Assembly (NCBI RefSeq): GCF_963921235.1 | Contig: NC_086097.1 | Location: 155,932,001-155,996,000 of the forward strand | Source: Mobula hypostoma | Lineage: Eukaryota | DNA: 64,000 nucleotides | Direction: 5' to 3' | Part shown: piece by piece, positions 23,485 to 36,480 of the stretch | Layout: the number at the start of each line of letters is the position of its first letter | How positions within the stretch are numbered: the first letter of the stretch is position 1 | The notes under the pieces: model-generated | What the model saw: the letters and a program-made list of their open reading frames with translations, nothing else | Databases searched by the model: none | Told to the model about the DNA's origin: nothing | Made by a program: the position numbers and the translations under genes

Positions 23485-26400
23485 CATAGAAACATAGAAA
23501 AACTGCGGCACAATACAGGCCCTTCAGCCCACAATGCTAATGCCGAACATGTACTTACTTTAGAAATTACCTAGGGTTACCCATAGCCCTCTGTTTTTCT
23601 AAGCTCCATGTATCTATCCAGGAGTCTCTTAAAAGACACTATCGTATCCACCTCCACCAATGCTGCTGGCAGCCCATTCCATGTACTCACCACTCTGCGT
23701 AAAAAACTTACCCCTGACATCTCCTCTGTACCTGCTTCCAAGCACCTTAAAACTGTGCCCTCTCATGATAGTCATTTCAGCCCTGGGAAAAAGCCTCTGA
23801 CTACCCACACGATCAATGCTTCTCATCATCTTATACATCTCTATTAGGTCACCTCTCATCTTCTATTGCTTCAAGGAGAAAAGGCCAAGTTCACTCAACC
23901 TATTCTCGTAAACCATGCTCCCCAATCCAGGCAACATCCTTGTAAATATCCTCTGCACCCGTTCTATAATTTCCACATCCTTCCTGTAGTGAGTGGCAAG
24001 AACTGAGCACAGTACTCCAAGTGGGACCTGATCAGAGTCCTATACAGCTGTAACATTACCTCTCGGCTCTTCAACTCAATCCCACGGTTGATGAAGGCCA
24101 ATGTACCATATGCCTTCTTAACCACAGTGTCAACCTGTGTAGCAGCTTTGAGTGTCCTATGGACTCGGACCCCAAGATCCCTCTGATCCTCCACACTGCC
24201 AAGAGACTATATTCTGCTGTCATATTTGACCTACCAAAATGAACCACCTCCCACTTATCTGGGTTGAACTCCATCTACCACTTCTCAGCCCAGTTTTGCA
24301 TCCTATGACAGCCCTCCACACTATCCACAACACCCCCAACCTTCGTGTCATCAGCAAATTTACTAACCCATCCCTCCACTTCCTCACCTAGGTCATTTAT
24401 AAAAATCATGAAGAGAAGGGATCCCAGAACAGATCCCTGAGGCACACCCCTGGTCACTGACCTCCATGCAGAATATGACCCATCTACAACAACTCTTTGC
24501 CTTCTGTGGGCAAGCCAGTTCTGGATCCACAAAGCAAGATCCCCTTGGATCCCATGCCTCCTTACTTTCTCAATTAACTTTGCATGGGGTACCTTATCAA
24601 ATGCTTTGCTAAAATCCATATGCACTGCATCTACTGCTCTAACGTAATCATCAACGTGTTTAGTCACGTTCTCAAAAAATTCAATCAGGCTTGTAAGGCA
24701 CGACCTGCCTTTGACAAAGCCATGCTGACTATTCCTAATCATATTATGCCTCTCCAAATGCTCATAAATCCTGCCTCTCAGGATCTTTTCCATCAACTTA
24801 CCAACCACTGAAGTAAGACTCACTGGTCTATAATTTTCTAGGTTATCTCTACTCCCTTTCTTGAATAAGAGAACAACATCTGCAACCCTCCAATCCTCCA
24901 GAACCTCTCCTGTCCCCATTGATGATGCAAAGATCATTGCCAGAGGCTCAGCAATCTCCTCCCACTCCTCACACAGTAGCCTGGGGTCCATCTTGGCTGG
25001 TCCCAAAGACTTATCCAACTTGATGCTTTCCAACAGCTCCAGCACATCCTCTTTCTTAATGTCTATATTCCCAAGCATTTCAATCCACTGTAAGTTATCC
25101 CTGCAATCGCCAAGATCCTTTTCTGTAGTGAATTCTGAAGCAATGTATTCATTAAGTACCTCAGCTATATGCTCTGGTTCCATACACACTTTTCCACTGT
25201 CACACTTGCTTGGTCCTATTCTGTTACGTCTTATCCTCTTACTCTTCACATACTCATGAATAATAGCAGAAATGCAGAATATATAGGTTGAGTGGTAAAG
25301 ATACTCTACTTACAGTACTTACAGTATTTTCATTAGTCAGGGCTGATTGGTCCTATTCTCTCATATCTTATCCTCTTACTCTTCACATACTTGTAGACTG
25401 CCTTGGGATTTTCTTTAATCCTGTTCACCAAAGCCTTCTCATGGCCCCTTCTGGCTCTCTTAAGTTCATTCTTAAGCTCCTTCCCGCTAGCCTTATAATC
25501 TTCTAGATCTCTGTCATTACCTAGTACTTTTTTTAACCTTTTGTAGCTTTTGTTCTCTTGACTAGATTTTCAACATCCTTTGTACACCATGGTTCCTTTC
25601 CCTGTCTCATTGGAACGTACCTATGCAGAATGCCATGCAAATACCCCCTGAACATTTGCCACATTTCTGCCATCCATTTCCCTGAGAACATCTGTTCCCA
25701 ATTTATGCTTCCAAGTTCCTGCCTGATAGCATCATATTTCCCCTTGCTCCAATTAACCACTTTCCTAAGTTGTCTGTTCCTATCCCTCTCCAATGCTATG
25801 GTAAAGGAGATAGAATTGTGATCACTATCTCCAAAATGCCCTGCCACTGAAAGACCTGACACCTGACCAGGTTCATTTCCCAATACCAGATCAAGTACAG
25901 CCTCTCCTCTTGTAGGCTTATCTACATAGTGTGTCAAGAAACCTTCCTGAACACACCTAACAAACTCCACCCCATTAAACCCCTCACTCTAGGGAGATGC
26001 CAATCAATATTTGGGAAATTAAAATCTCCCACAACGACAACCCTGTTATTATTACACCTTTCCAGAATCTCTCTCCCTGTCTGCTCCTCGATGTCCCTGT
26101 TACTATTGGGTGGTCTATAAAAAGCACCCAGTGGAGTATTGACCCCTTCCTGTTTCTAACTTCCACCCACAGAGACTCAGTGGACAATCCCTCCATGATT
26201 TGCTCCTTTTCTGCAGCCGTGACACTATATCTGATCAGCAGTGCCACACCCCCACCTCTTTTGCCTCCCTCCCTGACCTTTCTGAAACATCTAAAGCCTG
26301 ACACTCGAAGTAACCATTCCTGCCCCTGAGCCATCCAAGTTTCTGTAATGGCTGCAACAACATAGCTCCAAGTACTGATCCACGCTCTAAGTTCATCCAC

Positions 26401-26520
26401 TTTGTTCATGATGCTTCTTGCATTAAAATAGACACCTCTCAAACCTTCTCCATCACCTGCCTATCTTCCCTCTCGCACTTCCAAGCTTTCTCTATATGTG
26501 AGCCAACTGCCCCAAAGATG
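23485..26520 (-). mobile_element. Frameshifted CR1 LINE with nearly all of ORF2
   Basis: APE YFNARS..ITETW (25984-26442), SDHN (25533-25970), RT with FADD (24275-25249). (TTTCTATG)n tail at ~23485. Confidence 0.92.
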
Positions 26521-27490
26521 ACATTCTGCATCAGGGGCTTCCAGTGGGCACAGATCCACATTACAGGAAAGAAGATTACAATTTACATCGACGCTGCAAA
26601 GCAGCATTAGTAATTTAGTATTAATTTCTGTTTCTGAGCCACTGTGATAGCGTTAGATTTTAGTTTGAGAGTTTTAGTTAGTGACACAGTTGGATGAGCA
26701 CTCATTATTCAGCTTTTGTTCTGTACATTTCTTTTTAAAACTCAGTGAACTGTTCGTTCTTCTATGGCGTCTCTCCCTCTGCACTTGGACTATCATTGAA
26801 CATTGTATCAATTTAGATGTGATCTGCAAACTTAAACCATACCTTGTACACACTCATCTAAATTGTTGCTGCAGATGGAAAACAACAGTGGTCTCAGCAG
26901 TGACCTCAGAGGCACACCGTTCCCACAGGCCTTCAGTCTGAGAAATACCTTTCCGCCATTACCTTCTACTTCTACCATTAGTTCAATTGTTTCCAATTGG
27001 CCTGCTCTCACAGGATTCTACAGGATCTAATGTTCCAAAGCAATCCACTGAGTTTGGAAAATTATCGAAAGCCACACTGGAGTCCATGTAGATCTTATCT
27101 ATTGCCCTTCCCTCATCTACTTGATACTCAATTAACTTTGTACGACATGATCTCCCTTACACAAAAACTTTGTCCTTGAGTGGTGCTATTGTCTCCTTAA
27201 CTAACCTCTTTTTTAATCAATGTATAAAATGCCTTGGGGTTCACGTTAATCTTACTCAAGATCATTTTTGGCTCATTTTCCTCCTGACTCCCTGTTGAAG
27301 TTTTCTATTGCTTCTTTTAAATCCCTTAAGGGGCCTGTCTAATCTAAGCTTACTAAACTTAAAATATACTTAACTTATTTTTTAGAAGTTGCATATCCTT
27401 TGTCATCCGAGGTTCCTGAACCTTGCCATCCTTGTATTTCTTCCTCACAAAAACATGTTGACCTGAATTCAGACCAGCAAGCCTTTAAAT

Positions 27491-27570
27491 CAGGGGTTCC
27501 CAACCTGGGCTCCACGATTCCCTCAGTTAATGGTAGGGTTCTGTGGCATAAGAAAGGTCTGGAACCCCTG
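27491..27570. mobile_element. 80-bp hAT (Charlie-like) MITE
   Basis: TIRs CAGGGGTTCCCAACCT / AGGTCTGGAACCCCTG. 8-bp TSD CTTTAAAT (27483-27490) / CTTTAAGT (27571-27578). Confidence 0.85.
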
Positions 27571-27644
27571 CTTTAAGTGGTTCCCCCATTTCAGAAATGG
27601 TCCTACCCTATAACAACAATTTGTTATCTATTGTTTCTAGTTTA

Positions 27645-27822
27645 ATAGATGAATTGTTTAAAAAGGCAGTATATAAGGGAATTAAATGTTATGGGGAAAA
27701 GGCAGGTAGATGGAGCTGAGTTTACGGACAGATCAGCCACGATCTTATTGAATGGTGGGACAGGCTCGATGGGCCGGATGGCCTACTCCTGCTCATATTT
27801 CTTATGCTCTTATGTTCTTATA
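27645..27822 (+). mobile_element. CR1 3' tail fragment
   Basis: GATCAGCCA..GGCTCGATGGGCCGGATGGCCTACTCCTGCT followed by (TCTTATG[C/T])n. Confidence 0.75.
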
Positions 27823-27849
27823 TTGCTTCAAATGAATTCAAGGTGACTC

Positions 27850-29150
27850 CAATTCTCAGAGCTACCTGGACTATTCCTCTTCCCATCCTGTCTCTTGCAA
27901 AAATGCCATCCCCTTCTCACAATTCTTCTGTCTCTGCCACATCTGCTCTCAGGATGAGGATTTTCATTCCAGGACAAAGGAAATGTCCTTTTTTAAAGAA
28001 AGGGGCTTCCCTTCCTCCACCATCAACTCTGCTCTCAAACGCATCTCTCCCATTTCACGCACATCTGCTCTCACTCCATCCTCCCGCCACCCCACTAGGG
28101 ATAGGGTTCCCCTTGTCCTCACCTACCACCTCACCAGCCTCTGGGTCCAACATATAATTCTCCATAACGTCTGCCACCTCCAATAGGATCCCTCCACTAA
28201 GCACATCTTTCCCTTCCCCCCCCCCCCCCGGCTTTCTGCTTTCCACAGGGATCGCTCCCTATGCGACTCCCTTGTCCATTCGTGTCCCCCCCCATCCCTT
28301 CCCACCGATCTCCCTCCCAGCTCTTATCCTTGTAAGCAGAACAAGTGCTACACATGCCCTTACACTTCCTCCCTCACCACCATTCAGGGCCCCAGACAGT
28401 CCTTCCAGGTGAGGCGACACTTCACCTGTGAGTCAGCTGGGGTGATATACTGCGTCCGGTGCTCCCGATGTGGCCTTCTATATATTGGTGAGACCCAACA
28501 CAGACTGGGAGATCATTTCGCTGAACACCTACGCTCTGTCCGCCAGAGAAAGCAGGATTTCCCAGTGGCCACACATTTTAATTCCACATCCCATTCCCAT
28601 TCTGATATGTCTATTCATGGCCCCCTCTACTGTCAAGGTTGGAGGAACAACACCTTATATTCCATCTGGCTAGCCTCCAACCTGATAGCATGAACATTGA
28701 CTTCTCCAACTTCCGTTAAAGCCCCCCTCCCCTTCTTACTCCATCTCTTATTTACTTACTTACTTATTTATTTATCTATTTATTTGTTTGTTTGTTTATT
28801 TATTTATTATTTTTTCCCTTTTTTTCTCTCTCTGTCCCTCTCACAATAACTCCTTGTCTGCTCTCCATCTTCCTCTGGTGCCCCCGTCCCCATTTCTTTC
28901 TCCCTAGGCCACCTGTCCCATGATCCTGTCATATCCCTTTTGCCAATCAACTTTCAAGCTCTTAGCTCCATCCCTCCCCCTCCTATCTACTCCTATCATT
29001 TATGATCTCCCCTCCCCTCCCACTTTCAAATCTTTTACTATCTCTTCTTTCAGTTAGTCCTGGCGAAGACTCTTGGCCAAAAATGTCGACTGTGCTTCTT
29101 CCTATGGATGCTGTCTGGCCTGCTGCATTCCACTAGCATTTTGTGTGTAT
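27850..29150 (+). mobile_element. PLE 3' half (RT thumb, GIY-YIG, UTR with TTTA repeats, terminus)
   Basis: FFKERGFPSSTINSALKR..RVPLVLTYH and a GIY-YIG ORF. Terminus with decayed hammerhead TAGTC-CTGGCGA..AAAA-TGTC-GACTG (29055-29092). Confidence 0.88.
28409..28693 (+). pseudogene. GIY-YIG endonuclease domain of a PLE (frameshifted at the 3' end)
   Basis: FTCESAGVIYCVRCSRCGLLYIGETQHRLGDHFAEH..PVATHFNSTSH: VIY...YIGET signature with CxxC and conserved His residues. Confidence 0.85.
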
Positions 29151-30865
29151 GGCTTCAATTCTTTGACATTTATGGAATGGGTTTTCAGAAGCAGATTGGG
29201 TTACATTGACATATATAGCCATGGGCACCTTTCCATATCTAATGACTTCAGTGAATATCTGGAGAGTTACATAAGGTAGGTTTGAACTAATATTGTATGC
29301 AACATTTTCAACTAAAATCAAAACAGTTGCCAATGCATTTTTACACCAGTTTAATCAGAATAAAATACTTGAAAAGAAGAAAGTAGATAGCATAAATAAT
29401 TCATTTATTATGTTGGTATGTTGTTCACAGAAAGGTAGCTAAAGCTCTTGTTTATGGAATAAATGTCTCTGTTTTTGTTTTCTACCAGAGATATTAACTT
29501 CCATCCATCTTTCTGCAGCTGAAAGCATAAGCAAATAATACTAAACTGATCAGATAGTCAAGATAAAACCATTCAATTTTCTCAACTGGACACATGCTTT
29601 ACAAAGTTCAGAAGGGGTGACAGAAATTCAACTGAACCATATTAAATATTTTCAATTTTTTAAAAATTCAGATTATCCCTGAAATAAAATATTCTAATGT
29701 GCGATTATATGCTTAAGATAAAGTGAATGGATTTAGTTTATAAAGAATATGGAATGATTTGAACTTCATTAAAATATCATGACACTACTATTTTTTTTCC
29801 AGTGACATGACACATTTCAGAACACAGGTGCCATTTCCACCTGTGACGTGAGGGCAGGCTACGACAAAGAAATGTAACACTCCGGGTAATTGCTGTACCG
29901 CTGCCTTTATCAAATCACCAGAGTCAAATGCTACTGTCACATCAGCATCTTTAAAATTTATTCATGCCTAATACTGGTGTCAGAAAGACTCCAGAAGTTG
30001 AAGGAGGTAAAGTCCCCAATGTAATGCATCAGTCATTTTTGTACCCTGCATCTTGTACCACTTCATTCTATTTAAATGACAGTATTATAAACACAGTGAC
30101 CCAAACTTTGCAGTCAGCACTGAGCTCTTCTAACTTGCCACTGATTCCCAAAAAAACCTGTTCTTACTTGCAAAGCATTGTTTCTTCAGCTGGAACATTG
30201 GAAGTGGATGGCTCCATCCATCATGGCAAGCACAGAAAGTTCCTTGTCACAATCATACAAGGGGAAGTCAGAAAAATGCCTGCCCATTAAACAGCTGGAA
30301 CACTTTGACAAAGAGCTCAGCCATGCCCTGAGGTTTGTTTGCTGTCAAAGCTGCCAAAACATTCGTATGCATTTAAGGATAATAAAAAATTTGTCAAACT
30401 AATGAAATATCTTAATGCTATCAAGATGGGTAAAAGGGAAACAAAAAAATGTGAAGACTGCTTGAAATCCTAAAAGAAAGAAAATAAAACAAGTTTAGAA
30501 CATTGCAGTTAGTAAGGTTAATTAAGATTACTACACAACTAAAAGTTATGCTCAGTGAGATAAACAGAAGAATTTTTTGCAAGATCTTACGAATTGGCGG
30601 AGGAGTTATGAGGGAACAAATGGACTAATGCTGTTTTGATTTAATGCTCTGTTTTCCTCAATAGTTCAAAACCAATTATATAGACACCTACTGGAACATT
30701 AAAAATCCATATAGCCATAATTCTGAACTGCATTAAGAACTTCTTCCGAATTCTAAGAGTTACACAAAGTGGTCTCATTAGAAATTAAGTCTTTGTGGAA
30801 ATGTATTTGTGTTAAATGCAAAGCACTAACCACATTTTGAAGAAGTAGCTAATCCCATTGACGAA

Positions 30866-32160
30866 AAGACCGCAAGACCATAAGATATAGGAGCAGAATT
30901 AGGCCATTTGGCCCATCGACTCTGCTCCACCATTTCATCATGGTTGATCCAATTTTCCTCTCAGCCCCAGTCTCCTGCCTTCCCCACGTATCCCTTCATG
31001 CAATGACCAGTCATGAATTTGTCAACCTCTGCCTTAAATATACACAAAGATTTGGCCTCCACAGCTGTCCGTGGTAAAGAATTAGCATCTGACTCCCTGA
31101 ACTCCGTATGCAGAACCTCATCACTCATCCTACCCATGTCATTGCTACCTTAATGGACCACAACTTCTGCCTGTTCTCTCTCACTTAAGAATGCTGAGAA
31201 TTTGATTTGTGATATCCTGGAACCCGGCACCCAACAGGCAACGTACCATCTGGGAATCTCGCTCCTGCCCACAGAACCTCCTGCCCGTTCCCCTAACTAA
31301 CAAATCCCCTATCAGCATAGCGTGCCTTTTCTCCCCCCTTCCTTTCTGAGACATAGAGGCAGACTCAGTGCCAGAGACATGACCACTGTAACTTTCCTCT
31401 GACAGGTAATTCCCACCCCCCCCCCCACAGTATCAAGAGTGATATACTTGTTGTTGAGGAGGATGACCATGGGGCTACTCTGCACTGGCTCCTTAACCCC
31501 TTTCCTCTTCCTGACTGTCACCCATTTTCCTGTGTCCTGCAATTTGGGTGTAACTACCTCTCTGTATGTCCTTTCTATCACCCTTTCAGCCTCCTGAATG
31601 ATCCAGAGTTCATCCAGTTCCAGCTCCAACTCCTTAACACGGTTTGTTAGAAGCTGCAGCTGGATGCACTTCTCTCAGTTGTAGTTGTCAGGGACACTGG
31701 AGGTCTCCCTGCCTTCCCACCTCCCACAAAAGGAGCATTCAGCTATCCTGCCTGGCATCTTTACTGTCCTAGTCAAGCAGATATAAAGAAGGGAAGGAAA
31801 AAAAAACACTTAACCTAGAGCTTTTCTTTTCTTTCACTTTCTCTGAATGAAGCCTCTCTTTGTGGAAGCCTCAAAGAGCTAAAGCCTCAAGATCACAACT
31901 CTGACTCTGTCCACTCAGACGATGGCCACTGTGCTTGCCCTTGCCTTCTTTTAATTTGCTAATCAATACCAAACGCCGATTGGTTGCTGGTCAAATCTCT
32001 TTTTCACTGTACCGACCTGCTGCTGCCTTTTGTACCTGGGCAGTGGACCTGAATGAAATCCACTCCTCTCAATACTTCTGAAGTCTGGATTGGCTCCTGC
32101 TCAAAGTTCTCGCTTGAAAATCTGGAAGCATATTCCTTAAAATCTCGAAGAAACACATAA
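30866..32160 (-). mobile_element. Internally deleted CR1 (5'UTR and partial ORF1 fused to the 3' tail)
   Basis: 30866-31083 is a CR1 3' tail. 31084-31760 is an ORF1 homologue of 62521-63483 (ELELDELWII..REVVTPK..WVTVRK..NNKYITLDTV). Almost all of ORF2 is absent. Confidence 0.8.
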
Positions 32161-32167
32161 ATATGAA

Positions 32168-32490
32168 ACTCAAAGTTCAAAAGTTCGGTCAATTTATTAT
32201 CAAAGTGCATATCTGTCACCATATACCACCATGAGATTCATTTTTGTACAGGAATTCACAGTAAATACAAAGAAACACAATAGAATTGATGAAAAACTGC
32301 ACACTGCAAAATCGACCAATGTGCAAAGACAATACACTAAGCAAATACAAAAAGCAAAAAATAATAATAATATTAATAAATAAATAAGTGTTATTATTGA
32401 GAACAAGAGTTGTAAATTCCTTGAATAACACCATAGGTTGTGGAATCAGCTCAGTGTGGGGCAAGTGAAATTATTGCCTCGGGTTCAGGA
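32168..32490 (-). mobile_element. Rex1-type 3' tail
   Basis: Matches the tails at 8420-8740 and 16590-16760. Confidence 0.65.
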
Positions 32491-32888
32491 CCAAATTCAG
32501 ACATATTTGGGGAATGATATCAATTTATAAATGATTTCTGTGATTGAGCCATTAACCCAGAAATGACTAATTCACATATTCCTTTCTTTCATTCTTAATG
32601 CCCGTGGAAACTTACGTGACTTATAGCAGCTGGGTTTATGGAACCATGTCTTTTAACTGTCAGCAGACAACCTAGGGGGGCCTGTGCAGTGTGGCTTGAT
32701 TATCAGTGACTCTTATCAAAATAAGTCCATGAAAATTTTAACATGTCAATAGCCATACGCTCTTGATATCATATGACTAAAAAAAAGTGGAGCTTGATTC
32801 TTCTTCCAGTCTTTTTCCAAGTTGAGTTAATCTAGCATTTTCCTTACTTAGATCAGAGGAGTTTAGCTTGTGGTGAGAATTTTATACC

Positions 32889-33495
32889 TAGAACATGGAA
32901 CAGTGCAGCACGGGAAGATGCCCTTTGCCCCATTTTGAGCCAAACTAATTAAACTATCGATTAAAAGCCTACTACAGTAATTCCTTCTGCCTGCATGTCC
33001 ATATTTCTCAATTTTCTGCATACTTATGTGCCTATTTAAAGTAAGAAAATAAGACATAGGAGGAGGAGTGGGTGATAACAGATTATTTTGGTGAAGTATT
33101 AAGTACTTTGGATAAAATGAGGTGATAACATTGCACAATCTTGGGCCAGGACAGGACAATAATCATTTTGATGACCCATCAAGCCAGCTCTGCCATTCTG
33201 TATGATTACAGATAATTTAAGAAACTCTTATAAGCCTCTATAGTATTAGCCTCCACTACTAACTCTAGCAGCACATTCCAGGCACTCACACATCTCCTTT
33301 GAACTTATTCTTTCTCACCTTAAATGCATACCCTCTAGTATTAGACATTTTTAAATCAAAATAGGGTACTGCCCGTTTAATCTACAGTATCTACCCTGTA
33401 TATCCCTCATAATCTAATAAACTTCTATCAGATCTCCCCTCAGCCTCCACTGCTCCAGAGAAAACAACCCAAGTTTGTTTAATCTCTGCTCATGA
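32889..33495 (-). mobile_element. CR1 3' fragment containing a second CR1 tail (~33040-33214)
   Basis: The outer tail starts TAGAACATGGAACAG. The inner tail AAGAAAATAAGACATAGGAG...CCCATCAAGCCAGCTCTGCCATT is flanked by ATTTAA on both sides. Confidence 0.6.
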
Positions 33496-34520
33496 TTTTA
33501 TCACTGCAAAATCAAAACAGGACAATATCTGCTATAGGTAGTTCCCTTGGCAACTAGTGAAGGGATTAAGATCAAATGTGGCTGGATGTAAATGCAACAT
33601 CAGTGAGTAAGTCAAATGATCCTCTTTATCCATCTACTTATTCAGTTTTGACCTGGCAAGTAGAGTTCAAATCAAACTGTTCACAAAATTACCATAATTT
33701 GCTGACAAAACTGCATCATTTTAATGAGATATGTTGGTGTTTTTGTGGGCAGTAACAGATTATTTTGGTGAAGTATTAAGTACTTTGGATAAAATGAGAT
33801 AATAACATTGCACAATTTGGGCCAGGACAGGACAATAATCATTTTGACGTGACTTGGAAAGGACAGATCAATGGGAAGGTGAAAACAGCCTTTCAATTGC
33901 AAAATTGATATCCTTCACCATCATAGGCCTCGTAAACTAAAAACATCAATATATCAGGTGGCTTCATTTAGAAGAACTTTTTGCTTATATTATATTCCAA
34001 TTGTTGTTTATGAATAATTGTTAGGAAGATGCAAATAAGCAGAAATAGAATTCAAGTATGTTCAAAATGCCATCAGTAGTAAGCTAATGCATAAGGCACT
34101 TTAAGCTGTTTTGTGATATTATAGAAGAATTCAGTAGATGGAGCTATACACCAAGGTAAAAGTAAGTGTTGATCATAATTTAATTTTCATCCTCATGTCA
34201 AATCATCAGTTTGTCCTAATGGCTATACACTATTTGTTAAAAATTAATGTTTTGCTTCTATTATTAAGATAAAAATAAGGGTATGCTCCAGAGTTTATAT
34301 TAACAATCTTCAAATGACATCTTTGCACAAGAATGAGCAACACACAAAATTCAACTAATATCATTAAATCTTGTGAAAATAAAAATGATAATAAGGTATT
34401 TTAGTATCTCAGCCTCAACTGGCTGTTATTTATCCAAAGGGGTTCAATGCAAATTGATTGTACTGTCATACTGAGTCATACAGCACAAAATGATCCCTTC
34501 AGAACACCATGTCTATGCTG

Positions 34521-34741
34521 TACATATAAAATGCTGGAGGAGCTCACAGGCCAGACAGCATCTATGGGAAAGAGTAAACAGTCGATGTTTCAAGCCGAGA
34601 CCCTTCATTAGGAGTCCTGATGTAGTCTTGGCCCGAAACATCGACTGTTGACTCTTTTCCATAGATGCTGCTTGGCCTGCTGAGTTCCTCCAGCATTTTG
34701 TGTGTGTTGTTTTGATTTCTACCATTGCAGGTTTTCTCTCG
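34521..34741. mobile_element. Fold-back PLE-terminus insertion with ~15-bp TSD
   Basis: Inverted arms meet at AGGAGTCCT (~34610-34618). TSD ACCATGTCTATGCTG (34506-34520) / ACCATGCCCATGCTG (34742-34756), 2 mismatches. Confidence 0.85.
34613..34647 (+). ncRNA. Degenerate minimal hammerhead ribozyme, back-to-back with a minus-strand copy at ~34579-34615
   Basis: Plus strand AGTC-CTGATGT-AGTCTTGGCCC-GAAA-CATC-GACT. Minus strand CTAATGA-AGGGTCTCGGCTT-GAAA-CATC-GACTG. Confidence 0.6.
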
Positions 34742-35287
34742 ACCATGCCCATGCTGACCTTTTTGCTCATCTACGCAAATCCCATTTAACCACAAGAGAG
34801 CAAGATTCTTCTGTGTCCAATCTATTAGTACTTTCTAAATGCCTCTAAATGTAGAGATTGCACCTGATTTCTCCAACTCCTCTAGCAAAGAGTTCCAGAT
34901 ATCAACCACTCTCTTTCCCCTTTGATCCCCTTTAAAACTCCTTCCTCTCACTTTGAAATCTTACTTCATTGTTTTTGATATCCCTGTCATGAGAAAAGAT
35001 TTTAAAATATACTGCATTAGTCCTCTCATAATTTTATAGGTCAGGTGACCTCACTGCTTCCTTCACACCAGGATAAGCAAAGTCTTGCCTATCCAGTTTC
35101 TTCTGAAAGTAAAAGTCCATGTAGCAACCTGCTGAATCTCCTATTGTACTCTTTCCAGTCAACCTCATACTATGGTGATCTAAATTACCCATAATATTGC
35201 AAGTCCTGTCTAGCCAATGTTTTATAAAGTGAAACATAACCTCTGAACTGTTGTATTCTATGCTCTGACCTATGAAGAAGAATCCCA

Positions 35288-36480
35288 GCCCCGACTAGGA
35301 GTTGAGGATTCCATCATCTACCTGCTGAACCGTGTCTACGCCATCCTGGACAAGCCAGCGAGCACTGTGAGGGTCATGTTTTTTGACTCCTCAGTGTGTT
35401 CAACACCATCTGCCCTGCTCTGCTGGGGGAGAAGCTGACAGCAATGCAGGTGGATGCTTTCCTGGTGTCATGGATTCTTGATTACCTGACTGGCAGACCA
35501 CAGTACGTGTGCTTGCAACACTGTGTCCCCGACAGAGTGATCAGCAGCACTGGGGCTCCACAGGGGACTGTCTTGTCTCCCTTTCTCTTCACCATTTACA
35601 CCTCGGACTTCAACTACTGCACAGAGTCTTGTCATCTTCAGAAGTTTTCTGATGACTCTGCCATAGTTGGATGCATCAGCAAGGGAGATGAGGCTGAGTA
35701 CAGGGCTACGGTAGGAAACTTTGTCACATGGTGTGAGCAGAATTATCTGCAGCTTAATGTGAAAAAGATCAAGGAGCTGGTGGTGGACCTGAGGAGGGCT
35801 AAGGCACCAGTGACCCCTGTTTCCATCCAGGGGTCAGTGTGGACATAGTGGAGGATTACAAATGCCTGGGGATACAAATTGACAATAAACTGGACTGGTC
35901 AAAGAACACTGAGGCTGTCTACAAAAAGGGTCAGAGCCGTCTCTATTTCCTGAGGAGACTGAGTTCCTTTAACATCTGTCGGACAATGCTGAGGATGTTC
36001 TACGAGTCTGTGGTGGCCAGTGCTATCATGTTTGCTGTTGTGTGCTGGGGCAGCAGGCTGAGGGTAGCAGACACCAACAGAATCAACAAACTCATTCCTA
36101 AGGCCAGTGATGTTGTAGGGATGGAACTGGACTCTCTCACGGTGGTGTCTGAAAAGAGGATGCTGTCCAAGTTGCATGCCATCTTGGTCAATGTCTCCCA
36201 TCCACTACATAATGTACTGGTTGGGCACAGGAGTACATTCAGTCAGAGACTCATTCCACCGAGATGCAACACTGAGCGTCATAGGAAGTCGTTCCTGCCT
36301 GTGGCTATCAAACTTTACAACTCCTCCCTTGGAGGGTCAGACACCCTGAGCCAATAGGCTGGTCCTGGACTTATTTCCTGGCATAATTTACATATTACTA
36401 TTTAATTATTTATGGTGCAACTGTAACGAAAACCAAATTCCCTCAGGATCAATAAAGTATGACTACGACTATGACTATAT
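35288..36480 (+). mobile_element. 5'-truncated Rex1 LINE, inserted in an older minus-strand CR1 relic
   Basis: ORFs 35396-35848 (WILDYLTGRPQ, GAPQGTVLSPFLF, FSDD) and 35839-36357 (DNKLDW, RLYFLRRL, FYESVVAS, SFLPVAIKLYN). Tail GATCAATAAAG-(TATGAC)n. Confidence 0.9.

Noticed and set aside
29800..30420. Unique-looking segment with 108-aa and 74-aa ORFs; possible exon or conserved element
   Set aside because: No domain or convincing splice signals, and conservation cannot be assessed from one sequence.
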